Translations under genes and position numbers: made by a program
Notes under the pieces: model-generated
What the model saw: the letters and a program-made list of their open reading frames with translations, nothing else
Database searches by the model: none
What the model was told of the DNA's origin: nothing
From: Octopus vulgaris
Taxonomy: Eukaryota
NCBI GenBank assembly: GCA_951406725.2
Contig: OX597815.1
Span: forward strand, 90,024,001-90,088,000
Direction: 5' to 3'
Length of the DNA: 64,000 nucleotides
Part shown: in pieces, positions 27,600-38,898 of the stretch
Position numbering within the stretch: position 1 is the first letter of the stretch
Layout of the letters: each line of letters begins with the position of its first letter

Positions 27600-29566
27600 G
27601 TTGACGCTGTGAAATCTTGCATGCCTTAATTTCAACATTTCTTATTAATAATAGCATTGTTTATTTGAAGCTAACAGACATCTCACAGTTCAAAATTCCT
27701 TGAAAAGTAACTAGTAGCAGTTTTTCTAAAGCTGGGCAAAATTTGGTATCGTAGCATTATCAAGAACCTTAAGAAAAAATGGTTTAGCCCTCATGGACAT
27801 TCATTCTTAAATGGTTGGTCCATTAGGAGATGACGCTCCAGATTTATCAGCTGTGCAAAAGAATGCAGCTGAATTTAGGAGGAGAAGGAAGAGTTTTGAA
27901 TATGACCCAATGTCTGGACGTCCTGCAACAGCCACCACCGAGGAAGACATCCATCGCGTTCACCAGTTACCGATGGATGACAGGTGATTGACCTTAAATT
28001 CAAAGAGCGAACGCAATTAAAATTTCCCGTGAGACAATCGAGAATATTCTGCAAAGATCTTGGCATTACGGAAAGTTCATACTCGGTCAGCTTTATATCT
28101 TGTGACACCTGATCAAAAGTGCACCAGGCTGCGATCACATAAAGGGAAAATCTGATATGGTTTGAAGTAGATCCAGCTGCTTTCCTTGAACGTTTTCTAA
28201 CCTCGGATGAATGTTGGTTTCAATTTGTTCCAGATATAAAGAGACAATTCATGCGATGCAAACGACTCCTCATCTGCTCTAAGGAAGGCCAAGATCGTTT
28301 CATCTGCAAAAAGTAGGTGATGGCTTCAGTATTTTGGGAGGCCAAAAGTATTGTTTATTGACTATCTTCAAAAGGCCACCCCATCAATGAAGATTACTAT
28401 CATTCAACAATGGTATCAGTTGAATAATATTCATAAGGCCGCAATATATTTCAACGCAACATATTTCGTAGTTTGTCGCTAATTCAGTTCTTAACCAAAA
28501 GGAAAACTATTATCATTTTTGAAGAGGACTCTTCCCTTGCTACATTTTGGTATAAAATATTGAGATTTGGTTTACATTAAAATTTGTAGCGACCTTGTAG
28601 TAGAATAAGTAAAGCCACCAGTCAAATTTAGATCTCAAAAATATTTTATTTGAAAAGCTATATATCTTTATCTTAGCTTCCATAATAGAAGCATGAAGAA
28701 TTTCATAGTTTTAGTCCCATGCAACAAAAATGTGAATCTAAAAAGTTGTAAGGTAAAATATCATGAAAAAAATATAAGTAAGGCAAAAAAATTGATTTAG
28801 GTATAATTACCAATTGTATCGTAAAAAGAAGCTATATTTTAATTAAGCCTTAAATGATAGAGCACAATTCGAGGAAGTTCATGGTATCAATCTCATGCAA
28901 TGAAGTTTTAAAAGAAAGAACGTTGAATGTTTGTTTCTCAAATTTGGGAGTGATAATATAATTCTATGCTTTTTATGAACACAGTTCTAGGGGGACTTTT
29001 ATTATCTGTCACCTGCATCATTGAGGCAAGGAAAATAATTATCAACGACACGCTAATTGACACATTTGACACATTATTAATGAGCGTAATAGCAGAGCTT
29101 GTTCTGTACTTTACTAGATGTAATAACTTGTCCTGTACTTTTCCAAATTTATAATCTTAAGTATATTATTTCCCTTGCTCGCATTTTCCATATAATGACA
29201 ACTTGCTAAAGCAGCTTCGAAAAGCTATCAAGACCAAACGCTCAGGAAAATGGAAGTGCTCTTGTTTATTAAAGTCAATGCACCAGCATACAAGTCTTTA
29301 GTTTCAATGGCTGTAGTGCATGGCGGTGGCTTTGAACAGGTTGATCACACTCCCTATTCTGATTTGGCATCATCTGACTATGATCTGTTCACTAACATGC
29401 CAGTCATTTGGCTAGCAGCCGGCATCGCAATGATGATGACGCCATATCTGCTGTTCATTACCAGCATTGCAACACTGAAAGTAGAAATATGTGGACCGCA
29501 TAAACATTTGGTCACATTCCATCGGAGTATCTTGGTCAGCTTGAAAATTTTTCTGCCGTCCCTCGC
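27600..29566 (+). mobile_element. Decayed mariner element split by an ~800-bp insertion
   Basis: Traces of DP.SGRPATATTEE, LTSDECW and VMASVFWEAK...DYLQKGHPINEDYY to 28400; resumes at ~29198 with NLLKQLRKAIKTKRSGK and HTPYSDLASSDYDLF. Confidence 0.8.
28401..29197. other. Unclassified AT-rich insertion inside the mariner transposase
   Basis: Transposase codons are contiguous across the segment (YY | xNLL). Only weak terminal complementarity (CATT...ATGG / CCAT...AATG). Confidence 0.6.
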
Positions 29567-29589
29567 GTTAATGTATATATAGAAGGCTA

Positions 29590-29628
<39 letters not shown>

Positions 29629-29659
29629 AATGGAGTCGAACGAAGATGTTAACAAAAGT

Positions 29660-29752
29660 CCTTTACTCTCGACATATGTTTCGAAGACAACATGTTTTCA
29701 TTCCAAAGGAATGAAGGGTGCATTATGCAATCTTCTCATCAGGAAAGAAAGG
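29660..29752 (-). ncRNA. Type I hammerhead ribozyme with extended, branched stem II
   Basis: Minus strand: CCUUUCUUUC-CUGAUGA-GAAGA...UCUUC-GAAA-CAUAUG-UC-GAGAGUAAAGG. Canonical core, stems I and II pair, palindromic minimal stem III. Confidence 0.85.
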
Positions 29753-30024
29753 AAGCCTCTCTCGACAACAAGACAAACAAAAATTTCGATGACTGCCTAC
29801 ATGGTAAACAAAACGATAGTGAGTGTTTTTTAAAAAAACCGTTAGAAGAATTGACGTCAAAGATAGATAGTAGGAAGAGAAGGGTTAAAGGAATAATAGG
29901 TAGGGATCAAGGGGAGAGGGAAGGGTACGTTGATTGAAAGAATGTTCGAGGCTTAGGAAAGAATTTCGCTATTGAAATGGGGTGGACGTAAAGCTAATTG
30001 TTCAAACCACAGTGACAATCGTTA

Positions 30025-32280
30025 TCATTTATATGAGTAGAAAGTATGTTTCTGCCAGTGTTTACATTTGTATGATTTTTCTAGGAGTGTGTTTACTAGG
30101 GGAACCTTAGAGAAGAGAATATGGAAGAGTTCAGAGTTGCAAATGTTACAAAATCTCCTGCCCTTATCAAAAGGAAAGGATACAGATAGTATGAACCAAT
30201 CTAACTTGAAATTTATATTGTTGTCTTTAAGACGCCAAACTAATTTACTTAGCCCTGTACTATGTCGTTTTTTACTATCCCTGAATGTTGAATAATGGTT
30301 TGAAATTCTCTTGGTCAACTGGGAAGTGGACGCTCCTATATAGAAGAAGACATCGGTACCGGAAGAAATTCTACACTGGTAAATACAGTTATTAATCTTA
30401 GAATTACTAGACAAAAATTTAATTCTGTTGGGGTTATCCTCCGAGATCGAAACGAAGATTTTATTGTTATGATTGTTGTTACTATTATTATTAGCGCCAA
30501 CAACTACACTATTTCTATTATTATTAGTATCATTAATGGTAATACAACCAGTAATACCACCGACAACAATACCGTTATTGTTGTTACCATCAACACTACC
30601 ATTGTTATTAACACGACTAATACTATTATTAATATTATCATTGTTAACACTTTCACTGCTACCAATGCTGTTACTATTAATACTATTCCTATTATTAGGA
30701 TTGTATGATGGGTTGGAATTAGCAAGATTAGTGTTGGAACTCCCGGGTGAAGAATCTTTGTTTATCAGCTCGGTATTGTGGGAAGATATAATTTGTGAAA
30801 GATTCCTAGTGTTAGAGAAAGCGATTCTGACTATGTGGGAATTGATAATGGAATGATATCTAGAATTTCTGGGAAAGTTCCTAACTACGGCTTCACGGAA
30901 CTGTAAGGGAAGGTTCGATTTAATTTGTTTTCCGAAAGGTATTACGAACGAGATACAGTTTTTTGTGGCCTTTGAATTGTTCTTAGTGTTATTTGTGATA
31001 GTAAGGGGAAAATTTCTGGGTTGGAAATTTGGGGTTGAATGGCGCTTACCTCCCCTAGTCCGTAAATAATTTATTTTATGTACAGGGTTGCTGGCACTAT
31101 TAGAATTGAAATCATTATTCCTATTACGAGAAACTTTTCTATCTGGAGAAGCAGATGTTGGTTTAGAATGACCTGAATCGATGTATGACACTTTCTCCTT
31201 ATAACCGGCTCTTAAAAAGGCGGCGTTATAGAAGTCTGCCTTTTCGTTAAAGATGTCGACATTAGACAGTCTCAGAGATATGTTTTTGACTAGATTTTCG
31301 GTAATTGGCCTGGCATGATAACTGAAAATGCTAATGTACTTAAGATTTGTGGAAGGTTTATGATAAGGGAAGTAAGAGTTATTCTGCAAATTGAGGGTAA
31401 TGTCTAAAAAGTTGGCTTTAGTTAATTCATCGTCAAAAACGATGCGCAAGCTCATTCTACTAAAAAAACCTAACTAATCTGTTTTTAACCTTCTGTATTT
31501 TTTGGTTCGAAACGTTTTGGAGGTAAAGCAGACAATCGTCGCGATAAAGACCTCCACAGATGTCCGGGAATTGGTCGGCCATTTCATAAAGAATATAAAT
31601 TCCGACCAAATCGGCTATCTCGGCGCTGTCTGTACTTCCCATTAGTACATCAAACGCATTAGGGGTATCTCTACGGACCCACAACTTGCTATCGAACTGG
31701 ATGAAAGATTTCTTAGCAGTCAATATCACACTAATTTTGTCCCTGGAGAGACCTGCCTTATTGTGTGCGTGCCATAGGGCCTTATTAAGTATAATAGGGT
31801 TGATTGAAGAATAAAAAACTAGATATATCGAATTGGATAAATTTAGTGTTGGCCTTATCAGTAATAGAAGTAAACCAATCTACGACTTGAACAGAATTGG
31901 ACCATAAGCTAAGTTTTAATTTATTAATTAATATAGGGATATACTTATCTAATATGTATTTACTAAGGGTACCGATGTCTGAACTGGAAGGGCATATGAG
32001 CCGCAATGCTGGGTTAGTATGAAAGTTCTGCTTGTGTTCCTTTAAGATGAATCTGGGTTGCCTAGGGTTCAATGGTTCCGTCTTCATCTATAATCCGTAA
32101 GTTTCCATAATCTGTTTAGTTTCTGAGTTGGCCTGCCTGAGAGTATTCCTACTGGTGGTCCTGTAATTTCTTATATATCTCCTTTTTGAGCAGTTCCAAA
32201 TAATGGCTCTTTGTAGGCTTATAGATGTTGCCGGTTTTATCCGATTGGATCAGGATAGTATCCAAGTTTTTTATCACTCT
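30025..32280 (-). pseudogene. PLE reverse transcriptase-GIY-YIG endonuclease ORF, frameshifted
   Basis: Motifs SDKTGNIYK, LKEHK..F...P.LRLI, FIQFDISSF, FDVLMGS.D.AEIADLVG, GLYRDDCL, NFLDITLNL, CIY...FYIG...KRISNH, CNICNSE...KCKH. Single extra T near 31465 and 31815; a further shift near 32175 and a TAG at ~32088. Confidence 0.9.
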
Positions 32281-32281
32281 A

Positions 32282-32841
32282 GAGCGTCCACCTCCCAGTT
32301 ATCCAAGAGAATTTCAAACCATTATTCAACATTCAGGGATAGTAAAAAACGACATAGTACAGGACTAAGTAAATTAGTTTGGTGTCTTAAAGACAACAAT
32401 ATAAATTTTAAGTTAGATTGGTTCATACTGTCTGTATCCTTTCCTTTTGATAAGGGCAGGGGATTTTGTAACATTTGCAACTCTGGACTCTTCCATATAC
32501 TCTTCTGTAAGGCTCCCCTAGTAAACACACTCATAGAAAAATCATAAAAATGTAAACACTGGCAGAAACATACTTTCTACTCATATAAATGATAACGATA
32601 GTCATTGTGGTTTGAACAATTAGCTTTACGTCCACCCCACTTCAATAGCGAAATTCTTTCCTAAGCCTCGAACATTCTTTCAATCTCCACTTGTTCCCTA
32701 CCTATTATTCCTTTAACCCTTCTCTTCCTACTATCTATCTTTGACGTCAATTCTTCTAACGGTTTTTTTAAAAAACACTCATTATTGTTTTGTTTACCAT
32801 GTAGGCAGTCATCGAAATTTTTGTTTGTCTTGTTGTCGAGA
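32282..32841 (+). repeat. Inverted pseudo-LTR arm (endonuclease C-terminus and 3' UTR, without the HHR)
   Basis: ORF 32203..32547 repeats ASTSQL.KRISNHYSTF...; DNA match to the main copy ends at TTGTTGTCGAGA (32841). Confidence 0.9.
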
Positions 32842-33191
32842 AAATACGAATACAAATAGATGAAATAGTTATATATACTCAACGGAAAGTAAAACGCAAA
32901 TCCAAAAATACACATAAAAACCCCATAGATCTCCGAAACAATAGACGATTTGCGTCTGTTTCTCCACATATATGCTATAAAATTTTTCGACGCTCTTATT
33001 ATAATTAGACATATAATTTTTACTTTAGCTGGTTTGATTTTATATACCGGCCGCTGATAGCAATGTTTTATCCTCTATTATTTTAATTGAAGAGTTTATA
33101 TTAAGTTAGACATGGCTTGGGACAACACTGGCCAAAACCTTTCTAAGTTATTCTAAGTTATATATATATATATCATAAAAGCAACAAATAT

Positions 33192-33317
33192 AAGAGGAAG
33201 ATGAGGAAGAAGAAGAAGAAGAAGAAGAAGAAGAAGAAGAAGAAGAAGAAGAAGACGAAGAAGAAGAAGAAGAAGAAGAAGAAGAAGAAGAAGAAGAAGA
33301 AGAAGGAGAAGAAGAAA
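33192..33317. repeat. (GAA)n microsatellite
   Basis: Direct reading. Confidence 0.95.
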
Positions 33318-33494
33318 ACGTGTATGGCATTCAATGCCTTATACGACATACACTCGTTTCAGCCAACTGAGGATATGATTACAAAACTGTTGTAGAAACC
33401 TCCAGCATTTTGCTAACATGAGAGTACACCAGATAATGAATTGAATACCATACTTGTGAGTGCGTGTGTGTATGTGTATGTGTTTGTATGTACG

Positions 33495-33910
33495 TAAATC
33501 CTTAAATCCTTAAAAATGTTTTAGCCCGAAGGCCGCGGCCATGCTGGGGCACCACCGCTGAATGAGCTACACTAGTTTGTGAATCCACCTCTGATACGTG
33601 GCACTTGATCAACAAGGGAGTTCGATGCTGCTGCCCGCATCCGTGTCTCCTGTCGTGAGGTAGGTTCATCTGGGACTCCCAACAAGAAGAGATCCAGTTT
33701 AGTTTTAAAGAAACCCACATCCACACCATGTAAGTCTCTCAGGCATTTAGGGAGGATGTTAAAGAGCTGTGGTCCTCTGAAACCCAAGCTGTTGCAGTAT
33801 CTGGACCTGTATTTTGATGGTGATGTTGGAATCCTTGGCACCACGCAGCGGCGCCCCGTTCTGCGGTTGGAGTAACTTTGAATGCCAAAGTAACTTTGAA
33901 TGCCAAAGTA
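33495..33910 (-). mobile_element. 5'-truncated CR1-like LINE 3' end
   Basis: NSLGFRGPQLFNILPKCLRDL...FFKTKLDLFL matches the CR1-group ORF2 C-terminus (WN.LP...FK..LD.FL); short-repeat tail (AAGGATTT)n; 18-bp tandem duplication AGTAACTTTGAATGCCAA at the 5' junction. Confidence 0.75.
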
Positions 33911-33915
33911 AATAT

Positions 33916-33947
<32 letters not shown>

Positions 33948-34346
33948 AGTATGTGTGTGTGAGCATGTGTGAATACATACTTATAGCTGTATATGTGTAT
34001 GCACACTGAACTAGACAATTCAGCAAACATATATTATTTATTGGTTACATATACGTGTTACCTATGGTTATTTACACTTATAGCTAGAATGGTCTTGAAA
34101 GCAAGTTAGAATATGCGGGGTTTAGTTCACTGGTGATCGAAACAAATACGTACATTAAGTAAGTGGTCATCGGTAAGTGGTCATTAGTCATCGGTAAGGG
34201 TCGAAGTTCACAGCTGATGAAGGAGCTCGGGACCCGTATTAGGCTTCCGTGTTAGCAGATATATATTACATTAGGAAGAAAATACAATAAAAGCCGTAGT
34301 CAAGATGAATATCTAATGTCATGTAGAGTAATTTAATTAAAGTTGA

Positions 34347-34424
34347 AATCTTACAGGTGTTTTTGGGATACCCCACGTGATAGGCTAGCATGTCCGTACA
34401 CTGAGTACTCCCTCATCAGAGATA
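34347..34424 (-). ncRNA. Decayed type I hammerhead-like motif
   Basis: AUCU-CUGAUGA-GGGAGUAC...GUAUCCC-AAAAA-CACCUG-UA-AGAU. Stems I and II pair, but GAAA is replaced by AAAAA. Confidence 0.55.
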
Positions 34425-34534
34425 AGTTGAGTATGTATGAAAGTTATGTATATCTATAAAATGTATATAAGCAGCTAGACGCAATGCAGGGTTCGAAGTT
34501 TTTAACTCTTATATCTTGCATATTTGTGATTCGG

Positions 34535-34600
<66 letters not shown>

Positions 34601-34604
<4 letters not shown>

Positions 34605-34775
34605 AGAATTTACGAAAAAACAAAAGACGGAGACATGGTGTAAAAAACAAACAGATGTATTAGTATAACGCTCAGGAATAGAAAAAGTCTTTTACGTTTC
34701 GAGCCTACGCTCTTCTACAGAAAGGGACACAGAAAAAAACAAGGAGAGAGAAAAATGTGTATAGTGCCTAACGAT
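34601..34775 (-). mobile_element. TA-embedded short element carrying a variant HHR; probable PLE 3' terminus
   Basis: Second copy at 19198 and a decayed plus-strand copy at ~36965..37050; flanked by TA-rich microsatellites. Confidence 0.7.
34689..34724 (-). ncRNA. Minimal hammerhead variant (non-canonical core, zero-loop stem III)
   Basis: CUUU-CUGUAGAA-GAGC-GUAG-GCUC-GAAA-CG-UA-AAAG: perfect 4-bp stems I and II, ACGU palindrome in place of stem III. Confidence 0.55.
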
Positions 34776-34804
34776 ATACATACATACATGCATACATACA
34801 TACT

Positions 34805-34900
<96 letters not shown>

Positions 34901-35904
34901 TGTAAGTTTGTGTATGTATTTATATATATGTATGTATATGTTCATCAGTGTATTGACGTGATGGTGTATTTGTGCGTGTGTGTACGTTTAAGCTGAGTGA
35001 AATAAAACAAACATCGATTAAATACGTTATTGGGTCTGTTCCAAATCTGTTTTACGCAACAGTAAGTTTAAATCGGGTGCGTGATTCGATCCACCCAAAT
35101 ATATTAAACCCGGCTGGAAATCAGTGGCAAAGACGAAAGAGAAGAGAAATATCACAACTGACAATCTAACTTTCATGAGTGATATCACTGAAGAATGTTG
35201 TTTCAAACATTTTCATTCCTATAGAATGTTTTCTGAAAGCCGATGAAAAACGATGATAAAGTAGATTACGATAATACTGTTGATCTGCCAGCCGAGGATC
35301 TGTGATGTCAACGTTTTAAAATCGAGAATAAGGAGCATGGATATCAAGGTATATAAACACAACAACAATAGTCTTAAACCTAATCAATTTAGAAATGTTT
35401 TCCATCATTTTGAGAAACCCTAGGAATTGCTTTGACATTGACTGCCAAGGAGTTGATTTAGCACGCTAAAGAATACACTTTGGGTTCGTAATTGTGCAGC
35501 GAATGAGGTAATACAATATAAGAGTAATGATATAATGATTTTGGTCCCAAGCCAAAGAGAGAAATAAATGATTGATCGCTGCTGCCTTTGACGAACCATT
35601 AAGAATAATATAACGCTCCTCCATATTCGTGCATTCTCACGCACGCCTGCAGGTTAGTGCGTGCGCGTGAGCGTATGCTTCAGCGTATTGAAATAAGAGT
35701 TTATGAAAGAGCTCTTGTGTATGTGTTGGTGTTTCACAAGTATTTCAAGCAACAATTCTAATGGTTGTGTTCAAATATAAACGTTATAAAACAATCAAAG
35801 AGTAACAACCAGCCATTAAGACTTAACACAAATAATGGTATAAATAGCAATACGAAATGATATTTGCTTAAAATGCTTACAGAATCAAGTTCACACTCGA
35901 TTAA

Positions 35905-36522
35905 CCCTTCGTTGGACGGAGGGGTTGGAACTAAAGAAAAGGTCATCGCGATCCCGAAGGACCTCCTTTATTTTTGCGCATTTTGGCACCATCCATAAAG
36001 TAATATTTGTTTAATTTTGTATATAAGTGTGAGTGCATGATACAGAAGAAGAAATTTAGCACTTTATATATATATATATTTGTAATTATTAATGGAGGGG
36101 AATTAAAATACAATTTATTGACTGAAAAAAAGAACATTTATTGAAATAAATCGACATTTTTTATAGTTTTATAAACTATTCATACAGAACTAAATATAAA
36201 ATAAAACAAAATTATTTAGTATATTGAATTATACCAGTGCAAATAATAAGAAAATTGACTCATAGTTTATCAGAATATCTGAAAAAAGAACAGTAAAAAT
36301 AATTTCACAGAAGGCCAATTGGGTCCAGTTGCACCCCAATTACCATTTTATGCTATAACATCCATTTGACAGGAAATTTTTAATTCCCAATTTATATGTG
36401 TATAAATAAATTATTGACAATAAAAGTCGTAAGATATAAAACCATTTCAATATAAAATGTAAAAGTTGCATAACTTTTAAAATTTGCCAGGGCCCTAGGG
36501 GACATCGCAGGTCCATGAAAGG
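35905..36522. mobile_element. piggyBac-type non-autonomous element (MITE)
   Basis: TTAA at 35901..35904 and 36523..36526; imperfect TIRs CCCTTCGTTGGAC and GTCCATGAAAGG; no ORF. Confidence 0.65.
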
Positions 36523-36629
36523 TTAAATATGTTATTGGATCTCTTCCAAATCTGACAAAATCTGGATAACACTAATCACTAATAACTTCGTTGCAATATT
36601 TGAAGTATTTCTCATCTTATTACTCTATG

Positions 36630-36810
36630 ATATTGGTTTCAAATTTTGAAATTAAATCGATTACAGCGACGCCAATGCTTATTTTATCGACCCCGAAAAG
36701 AGGAAATGCAAAGTGGACCTTGGTGGAATTTAAATTCAGAAACGTAAGGACGGACGAAAAGCCAATGACCATTTCGTCAACATGATCACGATTGTCTAAT
36801 CGCCGCATTT
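36630..36810 (-). mobile_element. SINE family B, diverged
   Basis: CTTATTTTATCGACCCCGAAA...GTGGAATTTAAATTCAGAAACGTAAGGACGGACGAAA is colinear with 48695..48790. Confidence 0.65.
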
Positions 36811-37146
36811 GGTTACAGTATAATATTAGATTCTTAATTTGGGCAGTTCTCTTCATTAGTGATAACATTCCGAAAACAATAATATTTTATGAACACTGAC
36901 TGTCTTATTTGTTCTCAATTTTTTCCTTCTCAATTTGTTCTCAGTTTTCTTCCCTTCTCATCTATTCTTTCTATATTAAAGCGTATGGTCCGAACCTTAA
37001 AGATTTCTAATTCTCCTGAGCGCAAACCTAATACAGCCAGCTTGCCTGTCTTTACGCTTTAAAAATAATGTCTTTAAAAATAATGTTGTACACACACACA
37101 GAGTCACATTCTCGCCCTCTCAATCCCTCTCTCTCGCTGTAACTCT

Positions 37147-37196
<50 letters not shown>

Positions 37197-38898
37197 TACA
37201 CACATACATGATGCTGTATTTATTTATAGCTGATTAATTTCTCCCGTTTATTTTTCTTGGTTGGTCCGGGCGTGGAGATTGTACTAACGATTTTCAAAAG
37301 TTCTTCGACATCAGCGAGATTGATAATTTTCATGAGCAGAGCTACATTCTTAAGAAAATGGCTGCTGAGAAAATGTGGGTTAAGAAGGAATTCCAGTGTC
37401 TAGACTAAGTAGCATTAGGTATAAAATCAGTGTGGATTCCTTGGAAGTCATAGTATGGTTAACGAAGATTTTTTCAAAAGCTCTGGTGGAGGTGGCATAC
37501 ATCTAGCTAGCATTGGCGAGAGTAACCTTATTTGTTGCAATGAAAAGGATGAGGGTATAAATATCGACTACATGTGTTAGAAGCTGTGGTGTGTTACTGA
37601 TTTCTAAGAGACTATCCGAGGGTTTTCTTGGGAATGTATTCTAGGATTATCACAGGTATTTATAAGAAATTCCCAATACAACTTTCAAGAAACATGTGTA
37701 GCTAGTAAGTGGACCAAAAAGCAGTCCGTTTAGGTAGCTCACCGTCTCCACTGTTAGAAGCTCCGCTGATGTCAAGTGCAAATGCATAGTTTTTTTTTAT
37801 CGTTCTTTATGTTGCATTACTCAAAAACAAGAAATCACTGGGGATTTCCATAGAAAAAGTAAATCTAGCTTTATTGAAGCAGTGCTTTAAAATTCAAAGA
37901 AAGTAAAGAAGTTCAGTACACTTTGAGAGAGTGATTGATAACGACTATTTCTTGTAATGGAATGTTGAAATAACAGCAATGGTTAAATACTCCCGAATAT
38001 ATAGTAGCTTATGTGATGCTTCCCAACATCTCAAAATGAGGAAATCTGAAGTGAAGTTAATGGGAATAACGTAGAGTGAAGTAGCGAAACTAAATGGTAT
38101 AAGAAACGTAATGCAACATGTTACAAACATATTCCCTCAGATATATTTGGATTATGCGACTGAAAAGATTTTAAATGCAAAATTACACATACTTGACAAT
38201 CAAAACACTGAAATTGTTGAAACAACTTTAAATCGAAACAATGAATTGATATTTTATATGGCTCAAAATTGTACAAAAACAAATTACAAACGACAGATTC
38301 AGATGAGGGAACAACAAACAAGGTGTGTAAATTTGGTGCTCAGGAAAAATGGAAGAGACTTTGTCATAAGGAGTGAAAGTAGATGGAGAGAGGAAAAAAG
38401 GGAAAGAGATAAAACGTGACTGGATTAACAGTTACACGTGTTGAATTTGACCCCTGTTTGATCGTGCTTGATTGAACTTCCTCTTCTCTTGGACTCTCAT
38501 ATAATCTCCTACTTAACCGTGACTTTGCTATCTCTCCCGAATCACTTTACAAGCAATTCACCCGAATTATCATTACAACGCTATACTTAACGGATTCTAG
38601 CATCATGGATCTTACAGTGCATTTTTGTTCATTTATATAAAAGACTATTGATATGAATTTAGGAACCTTATCACTTGGCATTATTTTGAAAAAAACAATT
38701 GTACATTAATAATAAAAAGAATCCGTTTATGTTAGCGATGGTATCCTTATTTTACATTTCGTTATAAAATGGAAGAAAAACATTTCGGGATCGATTGTTT
38801 ATGAATAGTACTTCGGTACAAGGTTCTAGCCTATTTTTCCAGTGATATTACCATGTAAATATATGTATGTCAATGTAATTTTATACATACATGCATTA

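Larger units (their letters stand above)
29626..32841 (-). mobile_element. Penelope-like retroelement, Naiad-type, 5'-truncated, with an inverted copy of its 3' end
   Basis: RT plus GIY-YIG on the minus strand 30025..32280. Segment 32282..32841 (+) is an inverted near-identical copy of 29760..30335. HHR in the 3' tail. Left end abuts (TA)n. Confidence 0.9.

Noticed and set aside
30025-32280. Selenocysteine recoding or programmed frameshifting in the Naiad-type ORF
   Set aside because: No in-frame TGA; the breaks are homopolymer indels and one TAG, better explained by decay or sequencing error.
32934-32962. Hairpin GAAACAATAGACG...CGTCTGTTTC just beyond the PLE arm
   Set aside because: No upstream CUGANGA and no second copy in the window; cannot assign a function.
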